Positions 36,080 to 49,384 are shown, numbered from the stretch's first letter. The stretch: 64,000 bases of DNA from SAR202 cluster bacterium (GCA_016872515.1 VGZR01000008.1:4112-68111); one strand, 5' to 3'. The notes: generated from the letters alone by a model not told the origin. Made by a program: numbers and translations.

Positions 36080-36946
36080 ATGAGCGGCATGACCGAGGGG
36101 AAACCAACGGAGCACGTGTTCCACGAGAGCAACTACGCCCTGTTCGTGGACCGCAGGGGGCGGCAGTACCTTGTCCGCCTCGAAGCGGGCAAGGCCTTCA
36201 GTTCGCACCTCGGGGGCCTCTTGCACGCGGATGTCATCGGCAAGGAGCCAGGCGCCCGACTGAAGACGAACCGGGGGCACCGGCTGCTGGCGGTCAGGCC
36301 GACGATGGCAGACTTCACACGGCTCATGCCGCGGACGGCGACGGTTATCTATCCCAAGGACTTGGGCGCCATCCTGGTGCTGGGCGACATCTTCCCCGGG
36401 GCCAGGGTGTTGGAAGCAGGGGCCGGCTCAGGGGCGCTCACCATCGCGCTGGCCAGGGCCGTGGGAGAACGCGGCTCGGTGGTCAGTTACGACGTGCGAG
36501 CCGACATGCTGGAGCGGGCGGGCGGCAATCTGGCGGCGGCCTTACCGGGCTGGTCCAACGTCACCTTCAAGCAGGGCGATGTCTGCGCGGCCATCGAGGA
36601 GACTGGGTTGGACCGCATCGTTCTCGACCTTCCGGAGCCCTGGCGCGCCGTACCGCACATCGAGGGCGCCCTTGCCCGCGGCGGCATCCTATTGAGCTAT
36701 CTACCCACGATTCTGCAGGTCCATGAGCTGTGCAGAACGTTGCGAGACCAGCGCACCTTCGACCTACTCGAAACGATGGAGGTGCTGGTGCGGCCATGGG
36801 AGGTGGGCAACCGCAGCGTCCGGCCCGGGCACCGGATGGTAGCGCACACTGGGTTCATAACCACGGCCCGGCGGTGCGAGGCGAAGCCCCCCGACGAGGG
36901 CGAGGACAACGAGCGGGCCGACGTTCCCGAAGAAGACCCGGCCTGA
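36080..36946 (+). CDS. trmI: tRNA (adenine58-N1)-methyltransferase
   Basis: ...YLVRLEAGKAFSSHLGGLLHADVIG...RTATVIYPKDLGAIL...VLEAGAGSGALTIALARAVG...DLPEPW. Confidence 0.85.
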   Translation: MSGMTEGKPTEHVFHESNYALFVDRRGRQYLVRLEAGKAFSSHLGGLLHADVIGKEPGARLKTNRGHRLLAVRPTMADFTRLMPRTATVIYPKDLGAILVLGDIFPGARVLEAGAGSGALTIALARAVGERGSVVSYDVRADMLERAGGNLAAALPGWSNVTFKQGDVCAAIEETGLDRIVLDLPEPWRAVPHIEGALARGGILLSYLPTILQVHELCRTLRDQRTFDLLETMEVLVRPWEVGNRSVRPGHRMVAHTGFITTARRCEAKPPDEGEDNERADVPEEDPA

Positions 36947-36967
36947 TCCTCCCCTAGCCACTGACAC

Positions 36968-38221
36968 TCACCTGCCTGATGCCTCTTCATCCTCTTGCCA
37001 GAAGGAGTCCGGCTGCCAGGCAGCGTGGGGGTATCCGCCTTCCAAGAGCGGGGTGTGCGCAGGGTCCAGAAGTGGTAGCGGCAGCGAGGCGGTCAAATCT
37101 TGCGCAAGCGGGCCATCCTGGGAGAGAAGGTGAGCCGCATCGCCAACGCCTGTCGCCTTCTCTTGGATCAAGACCTTGAAGTCGCCGAGGCCACCGGGTT
37201 TGGCCAGAGAGCGCATCCCCGCCAAGTTCGCCTCGCGCTCCTGCGCAGGTAGGGCTTCGGAGCGCATCCGCGCGATGAGCGCGTCGAGTCCAAGGCGTCG
37301 TAGGAAGTCGGCTTGGGAGAGGAGCGCCAGAGGGCGGAGTCCATACCGCTCACCCTCCGACATCACCGCTGCGAAATCCACGTGTGCGGTGATGTCCTGG
37401 CGGCCGATCCTCTGGTAGGGACTGCCGGCGGAGACATGGTGAAAGTAGGTCTGAAGGGTACCCGATGGCCGCAGAGACGCGTTGTGCTTTTGCGCTTCGT
37501 ACCCGTAGTCTATGGTAAGCACGAAGCCGCGCGCCAAGGCCTGCGAAACCTCGTTCAGCCACGGGCCGATGGCCAAGTTGATCTCGCCACGGAATCCTTC
37601 CAGCAGGTTTGGCGGAAGAGAATCCAAGACTCCTGAGAGGTCGGAAGACGAAGGCATATCCAGGGTCTCGGTGAGCCGTCCCTGACCATCAAGTCTGACA
37701 TAGACCTCGTATGGTCTGCCGCCTTTCACATGAAACCTGTGCACCGGAAAAGCATCGAGGAGTTCGTTGGAGAGCACGCATCCGGTCAGCCCTCTGAAAG
37801 GCACTCTCGGCGAAACCACGCCATCCGAGAGACTTCGCCGGTCTCCACGCATCGCCACATCTACAGACACGTAGCGGAAGTCTCTTTCGGCAAACCCGAG
37901 CCTTTTCAGGTAGTCGAGGATGTCGTGGGCCAGGAGGCCATCCCCTGCGCCGAGCTCTACCACCCAGAAGGGCGATGGCTTCCCCAGCGATTCTCGCATC
38001 CGCGCCAGCAGCACAGCCAAGAGAGCGCCGAACACCGGGTGTGCGCCGGGGCTGGTGAAGAAGTCTCCCTGTGCTCCTATCTCTGGAGCCTTCGCGTAGT
38101 ACCCTCCGGTAGGGTGGTAAAGGGCCAGTTTCATGAACTCGGCGAACGTTATTTTTCCGTGGCGGCGTATGCGCGCCCTTATCTCGGCCTCGGCAGGATT
38201 TTGGTCTGGTTTAGAGGTCAT
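36968..38221 (-). CDS. MidA/NDUFAF7-family SAM-dependent methyltransferase (DUF185)
   Basis: ...GKITFAEFMKLALYHPTGGYYA...GDFFTSPGAHPVFG...VVELGAGDGLLAHDIL. Start uncertain (ATG 38221 or 38287); neither has a clear RBS. Confidence 0.75.
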   Translation of the reverse strand: MTSKPDQNPAEAEIRARIRRHGKITFAEFMKLALYHPTGGYYAKAPEIGAQGDFFTSPGAHPVFGALLAVLLARMRESLGKPSPFWVVELGAGDGLLAHDILDYLKRLGFAERDFRYVSVDVAMRGDRRSLSDGVVSPRVPFRGLTGCVLSNELLDAFPVHRFHVKGGRPYEVYVRLDGQGRLTETLDMPSSSDLSGVLDSLPPNLLEGFRGEINLAIGPWLNEVSQALARGFVLTIDYGYEAQKHNASLRPSGTLQTYFHHVSAGSPYQRIGRQDITAHVDFAAVMSEGERYGLRPLALLSQADFLRRLGLDALIARMRSEALPAQEREANLAGMRSLAKPGGLGDFKVLIQEKATGVGDAAHLLSQDGPLAQDLTASLPLPLLDPAHTPLLEGGYPHAAWQPDSFWQEDEEASGR

Positions 38222-38311
38222 GGACAGTGTTAAGTAGACAGATAAGGGCGCCCCCGCTTGTCGGGACGCCCTTACACCGATCTGCATCGGATTGGATAAA
38301 ACGGGTACTAC

Positions 38312-38500
38312 CTAACGCGCTGCCTGCCGCGCCCGTTTTGCCTGCGGGTTCTCACGGTCCCAGCCGGAACTCTGCATCGAATTGCGGAACTCCCCATGTT
38401 GTCCGCAATTTTTGCACACGCCTATGCTGACCGGTCCGTTAGGACTGTCTATCAGCCAATGGTGCTGACACTGCCTTGTGGTCTTCTGCCTCGTTGTCAC
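38312..38500 (-). CDS. Small hypothetical protein with CxHH...CxxC zinc-ribbon-like motif
   Basis: 62 aa. GTG 38500 lies 6 nt after AGGAGGGGG. MTTRQKTTRQCQHHWLIDSPNGPVSIGVCKNCGQHGEFRN... Confidence 0.55.
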   Translation of the reverse strand: MTTRQKTTRQCQHHWLIDSPNGPVSIGVCKNCGQHGEFRNSMQSSGWDRENPQAKRARQAAR

Positions 38501-38590
38501 GGCCTGCCCCCTCCTGACTGACCGCTCTGCGTCTTCCTAGTACCCCTCGAAACCCACGGTATCCAAGCAGAATACGGGTTGCTCTGCGAC

Positions 38591-39733
38591 TTACCCTCGC
38601 TTCTCGATCGGCACATACGGAAGGTCCATCGGCCCTTCATAGGCCAACATGGGCCGGAGCAGGATATTGTTTTCTGCTTGCTCCATGACTTGGGCCGTCC
38701 AGCCCGGAATCCGGCCCATGGCGAAGATACAGATGAACAGGTCTGTCGGGATTCCGAGAAGGTGGTAGATGGCGCCTGACCAGAAGTCCACGTTCTGGCA
38801 GATACCTCGCTTGGCGTATGGTTCCATCGCGTTGCTCACGGCCTGCAAGATAGCAAACCACTCTGGGTGGCCCTTGCGCTCTCCCAGCCGCCTGGCGTCT
38901 TCGCGGAGGTGGACGGCTCTCGGGTCTGTGGTCTTATAGACGCGGTGGCCGAAGCCGACGATGCGCCCACCGCTCTTGAGGCGGTTCTGGACGTAGGCCG
39001 CCGCGTTCTCGGCCGAGCCTATCTCCTCGGCCATGTGCATGACACTCTCGGCGGCGCCGCCATGTGCAGGGCCTTTCAACACCGCAACGCCCGTGGTGAT
39101 GGCGCAGTGGAGGTCGGCCTCGGTGGACGCTGCCACCCGTGCGGCGAATGCGGAGGCGTTGATGCCATGCTCGGCATGGAGTACGAAGTCTTTGTCCATC
39201 AACGACGCGTCTTCGGGATGGGGTACCTGGCCGGTGTGCATATACAAGAAGTTCCCGGCGTGGCCGAGCTCTGGGTTCGGTTCAACCGGCTTCTTGCCCG
39301 CACAGATCCGGGCATGGGTCGCCACGATAGTCGGCGCGGCGGCTGTGAGCCTGATGCCCTTGCGGAGAATCGCCTCCCGGGAGTTATCCCGGATATTCGA
39401 ATCGGTCGTGGAGAGGGCTGAAATGGCGGTGCGCAGCACATCCATGGGATGCGCGTTCTTGGTGATGCGGATAACCTCCGACACCTCTGGGGGGAGCTTC
39501 CTGCTGGCTTTGAGCTCCCCATCTATCTGGTCGAGTTGGGCTCTCGTAGGGAGCACACCATAGAGAAGGAGGTAAACAATCTCTTCAAACGTGGAGTTCT
39601 CCGCGAGGTCGTGGATGTTGTAGCCACGGTAAAGGAGCTTTCCCTCTCTGCCGTCTATGAAGCTGGTCCGGGTGCGGTCGATGTAAACGTCACGCAGCCC
39701 TCTGTGTAGCTGAATCTTCTCTGCTTCGACCAT
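38591..39733 (-). CDS. Citrate synthase family enzyme (citrate/2-methylcitrate synthase)
   Basis: ATG 39733 after GAAGGAG. ...SFIDGREGKLLYRGYNIHDL...HAEHGINASAFAARV...GFGHRVYKTTDPR. Confidence 0.9.
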   Translation of the reverse strand: MVEAEKIQLHRGLRDVYIDRTRTSFIDGREGKLLYRGYNIHDLAENSTFEEIVYLLLYGVLPTRAQLDQIDGELKASRKLPPEVSEVIRITKNAHPMDVLRTAISALSTTDSNIRDNSREAILRKGIRLTAAAPTIVATHARICAGKKPVEPNPELGHAGNFLYMHTGQVPHPEDASLMDKDFVLHAEHGINASAFAARVAASTEADLHCAITTGVAVLKGPAHGGAAESVMHMAEEIGSAENAAAYVQNRLKSGGRIVGFGHRVYKTTDPRAVHLREDARRLGERKGHPEWFAILQAVSNAMEPYAKRGICQNVDFWSGAIYHLLGIPTDLFICIFAMGRIPGWTAQVMEQAENNILLRPMLAYEGPMDLPYVPIEKRG

Positions 39734-39967
39734 TGGCTCCTTCCTAACGGCGAGCGCTCGTAGGACGTCCACAAAAGGGGAAGGTAGTAAAAGGCAAAGC
39801 TCAGCCAGGGATCAGGTGGATATCCGACCCAAGAACCCATTAGCCTGCTTGCGCCTCGTACACAAGCGGGGGAATTCTAGCACCGCAGCTTTGGGGTGTC
39901 AAGAAACCGGAACTGGCACAGGCGGAGACGCAGCCGTCCACGCGGTAGTTCGCGTGGTCACAAGCGT

Positions 39968-39996
39968 TTGACGCATGCCGACGGGGTAAGTACAAT
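39968..39996 (+). promoter_or_regulatory. Putative promoter of rex
   Basis: TTGACG (39968-39973) - 17 nt - TACAAT (39991-39996), 50 nt upstream of ATG 40047. Confidence 0.45.
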
Positions 39997-40046
39997 GGCT
40001 CGACCGTCAATCTGAGTTTTTCGCCGGAATAACTATCAAAAACCCG

Positions 40047-40739
40047 ATGAGTTCTCCACAAGTCCCAGAAGTCGTCGTGCTCAGGCTGCCCCTGTATGTG
40101 CGCGCCCTTAGCCAACTCCAGGCTGAGGGCACCGACGTGGTCAGCTCGCATCAACTCGGCAAGCGGCTCCAGATGACCCCTGCACAGATCCGAAAGGACC
40201 TCAGCTACTTCGGAAGGTTTGGAAAGCAAGGCCGTGGGTATAAGGTCCAGTTCCTGTTGCAGGAGCTAGGCGAGATCCTTGGGCTCGACATACGTTGGAA
40301 CACCTGCCTCATCGGCGTAGGCCGCCTTGGGCGCGCCATCATCAACTATCCTGGCTTTGCGCCTGAAGGCTTCAACATCCTGGCCGCCTTCGACAGCGAC
40401 CCAGGCCAGGTCGGCACCCCGATACGGAACCTTAGCGTCCAGCCGATGAAGGACCTGGAAAAGACGGTTACGGACAGAGAGATCGTCATCGCCATCGTGG
40501 CGGTGCCTGCGGCCCAGGCACAGATGGTGATTGACCAGCTCGTGAAGTGCCGTATCCGCGGCATCCTCAACTATGCGCCGGTCGCCCCGCAGGTACCGAT
40601 GGACGTGGTGCTCCGGAACATAGACCCCGTCCTCTCACTCCAGTCTATGACCTACTACCTTCGCGATCAAACGGAAGCTGAACAGGCATCCGTCAAGACG
40701 ACGGGGCGAGGCAAAGGACCCCAACCCGCCAGGAGGTAA
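40047..40739 (+). CDS. rex: Redox-sensing transcriptional repressor Rex
   Basis: VPEVVVLRLPLYVRALSQLQAEGTDVVSSHQLGKRLQMTPAQIRKDLSYFGRFGKQGRGY...LIGVGRLGRAI (Rossmann). Confidence 0.92.
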   Translation: MSSPQVPEVVVLRLPLYVRALSQLQAEGTDVVSSHQLGKRLQMTPAQIRKDLSYFGRFGKQGRGYKVQFLLQELGEILGLDIRWNTCLIGVGRLGRAIINYPGFAPEGFNILAAFDSDPGQVGTPIRNLSVQPMKDLEKTVTDREIVIAIVAVPAAQAQMVIDQLVKCRIRGILNYAPVAPQVPMDVVLRNIDPVLSLQSMTYYLRDQTEAEQASVKTTGRGKGPQPARR

Positions 40740-40740
40740 C

Positions 40741-40783
40741 AATCACGAAGGCCGGAGCGATTCTCGCTCCGGCCTTCGTGATT
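40741..40783. terminator. Bidirectional terminator hairpin between rex and atpC
   Basis: AATCACGAAGGCCGGAGCG / CGCTCCGGCCTTCGTGATT, a perfect 19-20 bp stem with a 3-5 nt loop. It fills the 62-nt convergent spacer. Confidence 0.75.
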
Positions 40784-40801
40784 ACGGTCCTGAGAGTATG
40801 G

Positions 40802-41236
40802 CTAGCCTGGACGGGTCGGCCCTGCAGTGGTGCCGCGGCGACGGCGCGCGACCTTCAGCCGCGCCTCCGCACGCCGCATCGAGGACAAAGCATGTTCCAG
40901 GTTCAGGTCGGCCCCACGGGCAACGATCCTCTCCTTCGCTCTCTTCAGAGCTTCCTCGGCCCGAGCGAGGTCAATCTCGCTGTCGCGCTCGGCGGCGTCG
41001 GCCAAGACAACCACTTTGTTTTCAAAGACCTCCATGAAGCCTCCAGTGACCGCCATCAACGTCTCCTGGCCGTCTTTGCGGATGCGCAACTCACCGGGCT
41101 TGAGCAAGGTGAGCAGGGGGGCGTGATGCGGTAGGATGCCCAACTCGCCATCGAAGCCCGGGGCCACGACGCTGCTGACCTCCTCGGAATAGACGAGGCG
41201 CTCGGCTGTCACGATTTCTAGACGCATGGTGGCCAT
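40802..41236 (-). CDS. atpC: F1 ATP synthase epsilon subunit
   Basis: MATMRLEIVTAERLVYSEEVSSVVAPGFDGELGILPHHAPLLT. Last gene of the operon. Confidence 0.92.
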   Translation of the reverse strand: MATMRLEIVTAERLVYSEEVSSVVAPGFDGELGILPHHAPLLTLLKPGELRIRKDGQETLMAVTGGFMEVFENKVVVLADAAERDSEIDLARAEEALKRAKERIVARGADLNLEHALSSMRRAEARLKVARRRRGTTAGPTRPG

Positions 41237-41265
41237 GTGAAGACCCCTTCTCTTCCCGCGTCTCC

Positions 41266-43567
<2,302 letters not shown>

Positions 43568-43584
43568 GGAATGGCTCGCTTCGG

Positions 43585-45093
43585 TTAGTGGGGTGTCTTC
43601 TTGAACTCTTCGATGGCAGCCTTGAGCTTCGGCTCAATCTCAGGGGTGAGTTCTTTTTTCTGTGCAATCTCTTTGAGGACGCCTGGGTGATTGGAGGTCA
43701 TGAACCTATGGAGCGCTGTCTCGAACGGCCGCATCTTGGGAATCTCCACATCGTCCAAGAGACCATTGACGAGGGCATACATGATGGTGACCTGCTGCTC
43801 CAGTGAAAGAGGGACGTTCTGGCCCTGCTTGAGGACTTCGACCGCGCGCTGGCCACGTTCCAACTGCATTCGGGATGCCCTGTCCAGGTCAGCGGTGCCG
43901 AACTGAGCAAAGGCGGCCAGGTTGCGGAACTGGGCCAGGTCGAGACGGAGCCGGCCCGCGACACGGCGCATGGCGCGGGTCTGGGCCGAGCCGCCGACCC
44001 GGGACACCGAGAGGCCCGCGTTCACTGCCGGGCGGACGCCGGAGTTGAAGAGTTCCGGCTCAAGGTAGATCTGCCCGTCGGTGATGGAGATGACGTTTGT
44101 GGGAACGTAGGCGGACACGTCGCCGGCAAGGGTCTCGATGATTGGCAGCGCCGTGAGTGAACCGCCACCGTGGGCCTCGTCCAGCTTGGCCGCTCTCTCC
44201 AAAAGGCGGCTGTGCAGGTAGAACACGTCGCCGGGGTAAGCTTCGCGGCCAGGCGGGCGGCGCAGCAGCAGCGACATCTGGCGGTAGGCCCAGGCGTGCT
44301 TCGAGAGGTCGTCATAGACGATGAGGGCATCCTTGCCCTTCATCATGAAGTACTCGCCCATGGCGCAACCGGCGTAGGGGGCGAGATACTGCATCGGCGC
44401 CGGGTCCGAGGAGTTGGCGGCCACGACGATGGTATGCTCCATCGCCCCGTGCTGCTCCAACAGCGCGACGGTCTGCGCCACGCGCCCGACCTTCTGGCCG
44501 ATGGCGACGTAGATGCAGAACAGGTCGCCGCCCTTCTGGTTGATGATGGTGTCTATGGCCAGGGTCGTCTTGCCTGTCGAGCGGTCACCGATGATAAGTT
44601 CGCGTTGGCCGCGGCCGATGGGAATCATCCCGTCGATAGCCTTGATACCGGTCTGCACCGGCGTGTTTACGGACTTGCGCGTGGAGACGTCAGGAGCCAC
44701 GATTTCCACAGCCCGGTTCTGTTTGGTCCGGACAGGCCCTTTACCGTCTATCGGCTGCCCGAGGGCGTTCACGACGCGTCCCAACATCTCGTCGCCCACA
44801 GGCACCTCGACGATGCGGCCGGTGCTCCGCACCTCGCTGCCTTCCTTCACCGCCCGGTCGTCACCCATAATCACGGCACCGACACTGTCTTCCTCGAGGT
44901 TGAGGGCTATGCCGATGGTGCCGCCAGAGAACTCGAGCAGCTCGCTGTAGGCTACGCCGGACAGGCCGTGGACGCGGGCGATGCCGTCGCCTACCTCGAC
45001 CACGACGCCGACGTTCACCATCGAAAGGTCGCGGCCGAACTCCTGGATCTGGCGCTTGATGACTGACGCTATATCCTGTCCCCTGACTGCCAT
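43585..45093 (-). CDS. atpA: F1 ATP synthase alpha subunit
   Basis: ...[18 protein letters not shown] (P-loop)..., 502 aa. Confidence 0.97.
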   Translation of the reverse strand: MAVRGQDIASVIKRQIQEFGRDLSMVNVGVVVEVGDGIARVHGLSGVAYSELLEFSGGTIGIALNLEEDSVGAVIMGDDRAVKEGSEVRSTGRIVEVPVGDEMLGRVVNALGQPIDGKGPVRTKQNRAVEIVAPDVSTRKSVNTPVQTGIKAIDGMIPIGRGQRELIIGDRSTGKTTLAIDTIINQKGGDLFCIYVAIGQKVGRVAQTVALLEQHGAMEHTIVVAANSSDPAPMQYLAPYAGCAMGEYFMMKGKDALIVYDDLSKHAWAYRQMSLLLRRPPGREAYPGDVFYLHSRLLERAAKLDEAHGGGSLTALPIIETLAGDVSAYVPTNVISITDGQIYLEPELFNSGVRPAVNAGLSVSRVGGSAQTRAMRRVAGRLRLDLAQFRNLAAFAQFGTADLDRASRMQLERGQRAVEVLKQGQNVPLSLEQQVTIMYALVNGLLDDVEIPKMRPFETALHRFMTSNHPGVLKEIAQKKELTPEIEPKLKAAIEEFKKTPH

Positions 45094-45132
45094 GCCTTCC
45101 TCCGTAAGTGCGGGGCAGCGAACGCCCCCGAA

Positions 45133-45675
45133 TCACGCTACCCCTGACGCCAGACTCCGCCGCATCTGTTCCAGCTTGGTCTTGGCGCTGCCGTCCAACA
45201 CGCGGTCGCCGACTTTGGCGATGAAGCCGCCGAGCACCCCTGGGTCAACCCTGGCCGTCACCCTGACCTGCCGCCCAACGACCTCCGAAAGCCGCGTCGC
45301 GATGGCATCGAGTTGCTGGGGTTCCAGGGGGACCGCTGAGATGACTTCGCCCAGTACGATTCCCCTGTGGGCGTACAGTAGCCCTTCGTACTCGTCGAGG
45401 ATGTCCGGTACGAGTCGAACGTAGTTACGGGACGCGAGTAAAAAGATGAGGTTGAGCGGCAGAGGGCCGACGGCTTTGCCAAGCGCATCATTGATGAGCT
45501 TGCGTTTCTGCACTGGAGATAAGTGGGGCGAATCCAGCAAGGCAACAAACTCGGCGTTCTCGATGGCGCGCGCCAGCGCGGCGAGGTCGTCCGCCCAGCC
45601 ATCGAGGTTCTTTCCCTCGACGGCGAGTTGGAAAACCGCTTGAGCATACCTTCTAGCCGAAGGTGCCCTTGCCAT
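45133..45675 (-). CDS. atpH: F1 ATP synthase delta subunit
   Basis: RRYAQAVFQLAVEGKNLDGWADDL..., 180 aa, positioned between atpF and atpA. Confidence 0.88.
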   Translation of the reverse strand: MARAPSARRYAQAVFQLAVEGKNLDGWADDLAALARAIENAEFVALLDSPHLSPVQKRKLINDALGKAVGPLPLNLIFLLASRNYVRLVPDILDEYEGLLYAHRGIVLGEVISAVPLEPQQLDAIATRLSEVVGRQVRVTARVDPGVLGGFIAKVGDRVLDGSAKTKLEQMRRSLASGVA

Positions 45676-45777
45676 GTTTGCTCCGCATCACCTCTTCAGA
45701 TTTGTGGTGAGACTCCTAGAGCCTCGGCAAACTCTTGATTCTAGATACCCTGCGAAGACGGACTTGTCGGAAGAGGT

Positions 45778-46278
45778 CTAACTCCGCCGGACCGTTGAGC
45801 TTTCCTTCAGGACCTTGTCTATCAGGTCCTTGTGGGTATTCTTGTCTAACGACCGCTCAACGATCTTCTCCGCGGCCGACACAGCCATGCCGGCAAACTC
45901 GCGCCGCAGGTCCTCGATGGCCGCATCGCGCTCCCGCTTGATGTCAGCCTCAGCCCGGACGCGGGCCGCCTGGATCTCAGTCCTGGCCTTGGCCAGTTCC
46001 TCGTCACGGAAACGGTCGGCCACTTCCCTTGCCTGGGCGATGAGGGCCTGGCCTTCCGTGCGGGCAGCATCTATCTGCTTCTGCATGTCCGCCTTCGACT
46101 TCGCAGATTCCTCCCTCACCTTCTCAGCCGTCTCCAGGCTCTCTTTGATCTTGGCCGAGCGTTGGTCCAGCATGCGGGTGATGGGCCTGTAGAGCACCAT
46201 CCACAGCAAGCCGAAAAGGATGAGGAAGCTGACGATCTGCGTTATCAGACCGGGCAGGTTGATCCCTAATGCTTCCAT
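45778..46278 (-). CDS. atpF: Fo ATP synthase subunit b
   Basis: N-terminal TM helix followed by a long charged helix (ERSAKIKESLETAEKVREESAKSKADMQKQ...), 166 aa. Confidence 0.88.
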   Translation of the reverse strand: MEALGINLPGLITQIVSFLILFGLLWMVLYRPITRMLDQRSAKIKESLETAEKVREESAKSKADMQKQIDAARTEGQALIAQAREVADRFRDEELAKARTEIQAARVRAEADIKRERDAAIEDLRREFAGMAVSAAEKIVERSLDKNTHKDLIDKVLKESSTVRRS

Positions 46279-46301
46279 TAGCCCTCCTCTACCCTGCTCC
46301 T

Positions 46302-46343
46302 GTCAGCCATTCCGCCCGTTCAACAACAGGCGGAACGGCTGAC
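46302..46343 (-). other. Intercistronic stem-loop between atpE and atpF
   Basis: GTCAGCC-A-TTCCGCC (46302-46316) / GGCGGAA-C-GGCTGAC (46329-46343). Two 7-bp helices around one mismatch, with a 12-nt loop. Confidence 0.5.
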
Positions 46344-46366
46344 TCGGGGACGCGGGTCGAGTCCGA

Positions 46367-47715
<1,349 letters not shown>

Positions 47716-47721
47716 TGCCCT

Positions 47722-47955
47722 CTACCTTGTCTTCCTATCGCCTCGGGTACTCTCGAGGAGCTTCAGCAGCATCGTGTACATACCAACCACCGCGACCATT
47801 ACTCCGAGCAAGACCCCAACAATAGTCAACCATGGACCCGTGTCCAACCACCGGTCGAGCCCGAAGCCCGCGAACGCTCCTCCGGCGATGCAGATGGCGA
47901 CGTACCACCCGATGCCCAGCAGCCTGAGAACGAAGCCGTTTTTGCGGTCGTTCAT
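47722..47955 (-). CDS. AtpZ/AtpI-like small membrane protein, first gene of the atp operon
   Basis: ATG 47955 after GAAGGGGG. MNDRKNGFVLRLLGIGWYVAICIAGGAFAGFGLDRWL... with two TM helices. The track start 47979 would lie inside the predicted promoter. Confidence 0.7.
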   Translation of the reverse strand: MNDRKNGFVLRLLGIGWYVAICIAGGAFAGFGLDRWLDTGPWLTIVGVLLGVMVAVVGMYTMLLKLLESTRGDRKTR

Positions 47956-47973
47956 AAGGCCCCCTTCGGCGGA

Positions 47974-48009
47974 TTGCAAATATTATCACAATCTTTTCGA
48001 GAAGGTCAA
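47974..48009 (-). promoter_or_regulatory. Putative atp operon promoter with overlapping Rex-box-like palindrome
   Basis: Minus strand: TTGACC (48009-48004) - 18 nt - TGaTAATAT (extended -10). The 18-mer TTGTGA-TAATAT-TTGCAA (47991-47974) matches the Rex operator consensus TTGTGAAnnnnTTCACAA perfectly in one half and 4/6 in the other. Confidence 0.45.
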
Positions 48010-48043
48010 CATGCCCCCTGGAGTGCTCTGCAACCGCGTCCGA

Positions 48044-49384
48044 TTACGGAAGTTGACGCACCGCGCGGAATCGGACGGCTATGAACACGATGAATGCTAC
48101 CAATAATGCCGACGCGATCAGGGTGGCATTGGGCGCCCCCAGACTTCTAGCCAGGAGGCCCGCCAGGATAGAGCCGAAAATCATGAAACCCCATGTAGCC
48201 ATCAGCACGCCTGAAACGCCGCCACGGAGATCGTCGCGTACATTGCTCTGGATCAGCGCGCTGGATAAGGTTTGGGTGAGTGTGAAGCACACACCCACGA
48301 TGACGAAGATCGGCAGCGCAGCCCAGTAGTAGGGGATGTGGGAGACCGCAGCCATCGTCAATGCCGAGAAGAAGATGACGAAGAACAGAAGGCGTCCCTG
48401 ACGTTTCGCACTTGCGAAAGAGGCCATCAGGACCCCACCGATAATCGAACCTGCTCCAATCGCCGCCAACAGCCAACCCAACTCTTTCTGGCCAACCTCA
48501 AACTCCTCGACCTGGTAAACCGGCATCAGGCTGCTCGTGAACGGCACGACAAGCAAGGGACTGACGATGCCGCAGAGGAGCAGTCCGGATATGAGGGGAG
48601 TGGCGCGGGCATAGACCGCCACTCGTTTCAGCCCAACCCATACCCCCTTGAGATTCGCCGGCGTCTTGGGTTGGGCCTGGGGCCCCATCAAGAACGCCAT
48701 CAGGCTGGCACTCAATTGGAACCCCCCTTCGAGCAGAAGTGTCGGCCCAGCTCCGAACACCGCCAGTAATACCCCGCCAATGGCGGGCCCGATAAGGCGC
48801 GTGACGCTGAAGGCAAGCTGGGTGAGTGAATAAGCGTTGATGAGGTTCTTGCGAGGTACGATGAGGGGGGTGAGCGCCATCCTGGACGGTTCGATAAGGG
48901 CCCACGAGAGTCCCATCAGGACCACGAATCCGATGACGTGCCACGGCCCGACAAGGTCGAGCAGGACGAGCACGCCAAAACCGATGGAAACAGTGGCCTG
49001 GTACATCGGCAGGAGGATCAGGAGCTTCCTCCGGTCCCAGGCATCCACCAAGACGCCTCCGATGGGGCCGGCCACGAGCTGCGGCATGGAGTCCAGGCCC
49101 AGAGCTATGGCTGTCCAGAAGGGTGACTTGGTCAAGTCGTACATCAACCACCCGACGACGACCTGCTGAAGAAAATAACCTCCGCTTGTCCCGCAACTCG
49201 CTACCCAGAGCATTCGGAACTTGCTGTACTGGAAGGACTCGAACGTGCGTATTCTGTACAGGAAGCCGACTACCCCGGAGGCAGAGGTCCCGCGAGGCTG
49301 GTCCACCTGTGGTGAATCAGCCTGGGCGCCCGCGGCTTGCACAGGATTAGGACTCCGACCTTCAGTTTTCTGCTGTGTGCCCAA
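48044..49384 (-). CDS. MFS transporter
   Basis: 446 aa, about 12 TM helices, GGVLVDAWDRRKLL between TM2 and TM3. Confidence 0.8.
   Translation of the reverse strand: MGTQQKTEGRSPNPVQAAGAQADSPQVDQPRGTSASGVVGFLYRIRTFESFQYSKFRMLWVASCGTSGGYFLQQVVVGWLMYDLTKSPFWTAIALGLDSMPQLVAGPIGGVLVDAWDRRKLLILLPMYQATVSIGFGVLVLLDLVGPWHVIGFVVLMGLSWALIEPSRMALTPLIVPRKNLINAYSLTQLAFSVTRLIGPAIGGVLLAVFGAGPTLLLEGGFQLSASLMAFLMGPQAQPKTPANLKGVWVGLKRVAVYARATPLISGLLLCGIVSPLLVVPFTSSLMPVYQVEEFEVGQKELGWLLAAIGAGSIIGGVLMASFASAKRQGRLLFFVIFFSALTMAAVSHIPYYWAALPIFVIVGVCFTLTQTLSSALIQSNVRDDLRGGVSGVLMATWGFMIFGSILAGLLARSLGAPNATLIASALLVAFIVFIAVRFRAVRQLP

Noticed and set aside
39945-39975. Rex operator at the rex/citrate synthase divergent region (GTCACAAGCGTTTGAC)
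   Set aside because: The half-sites are in the wrong relative orientation (TCACAA...TTTGAC rather than TTGTGA...TCACAA) and match the consensus poorly. More likely just the TTGACG -35 box.
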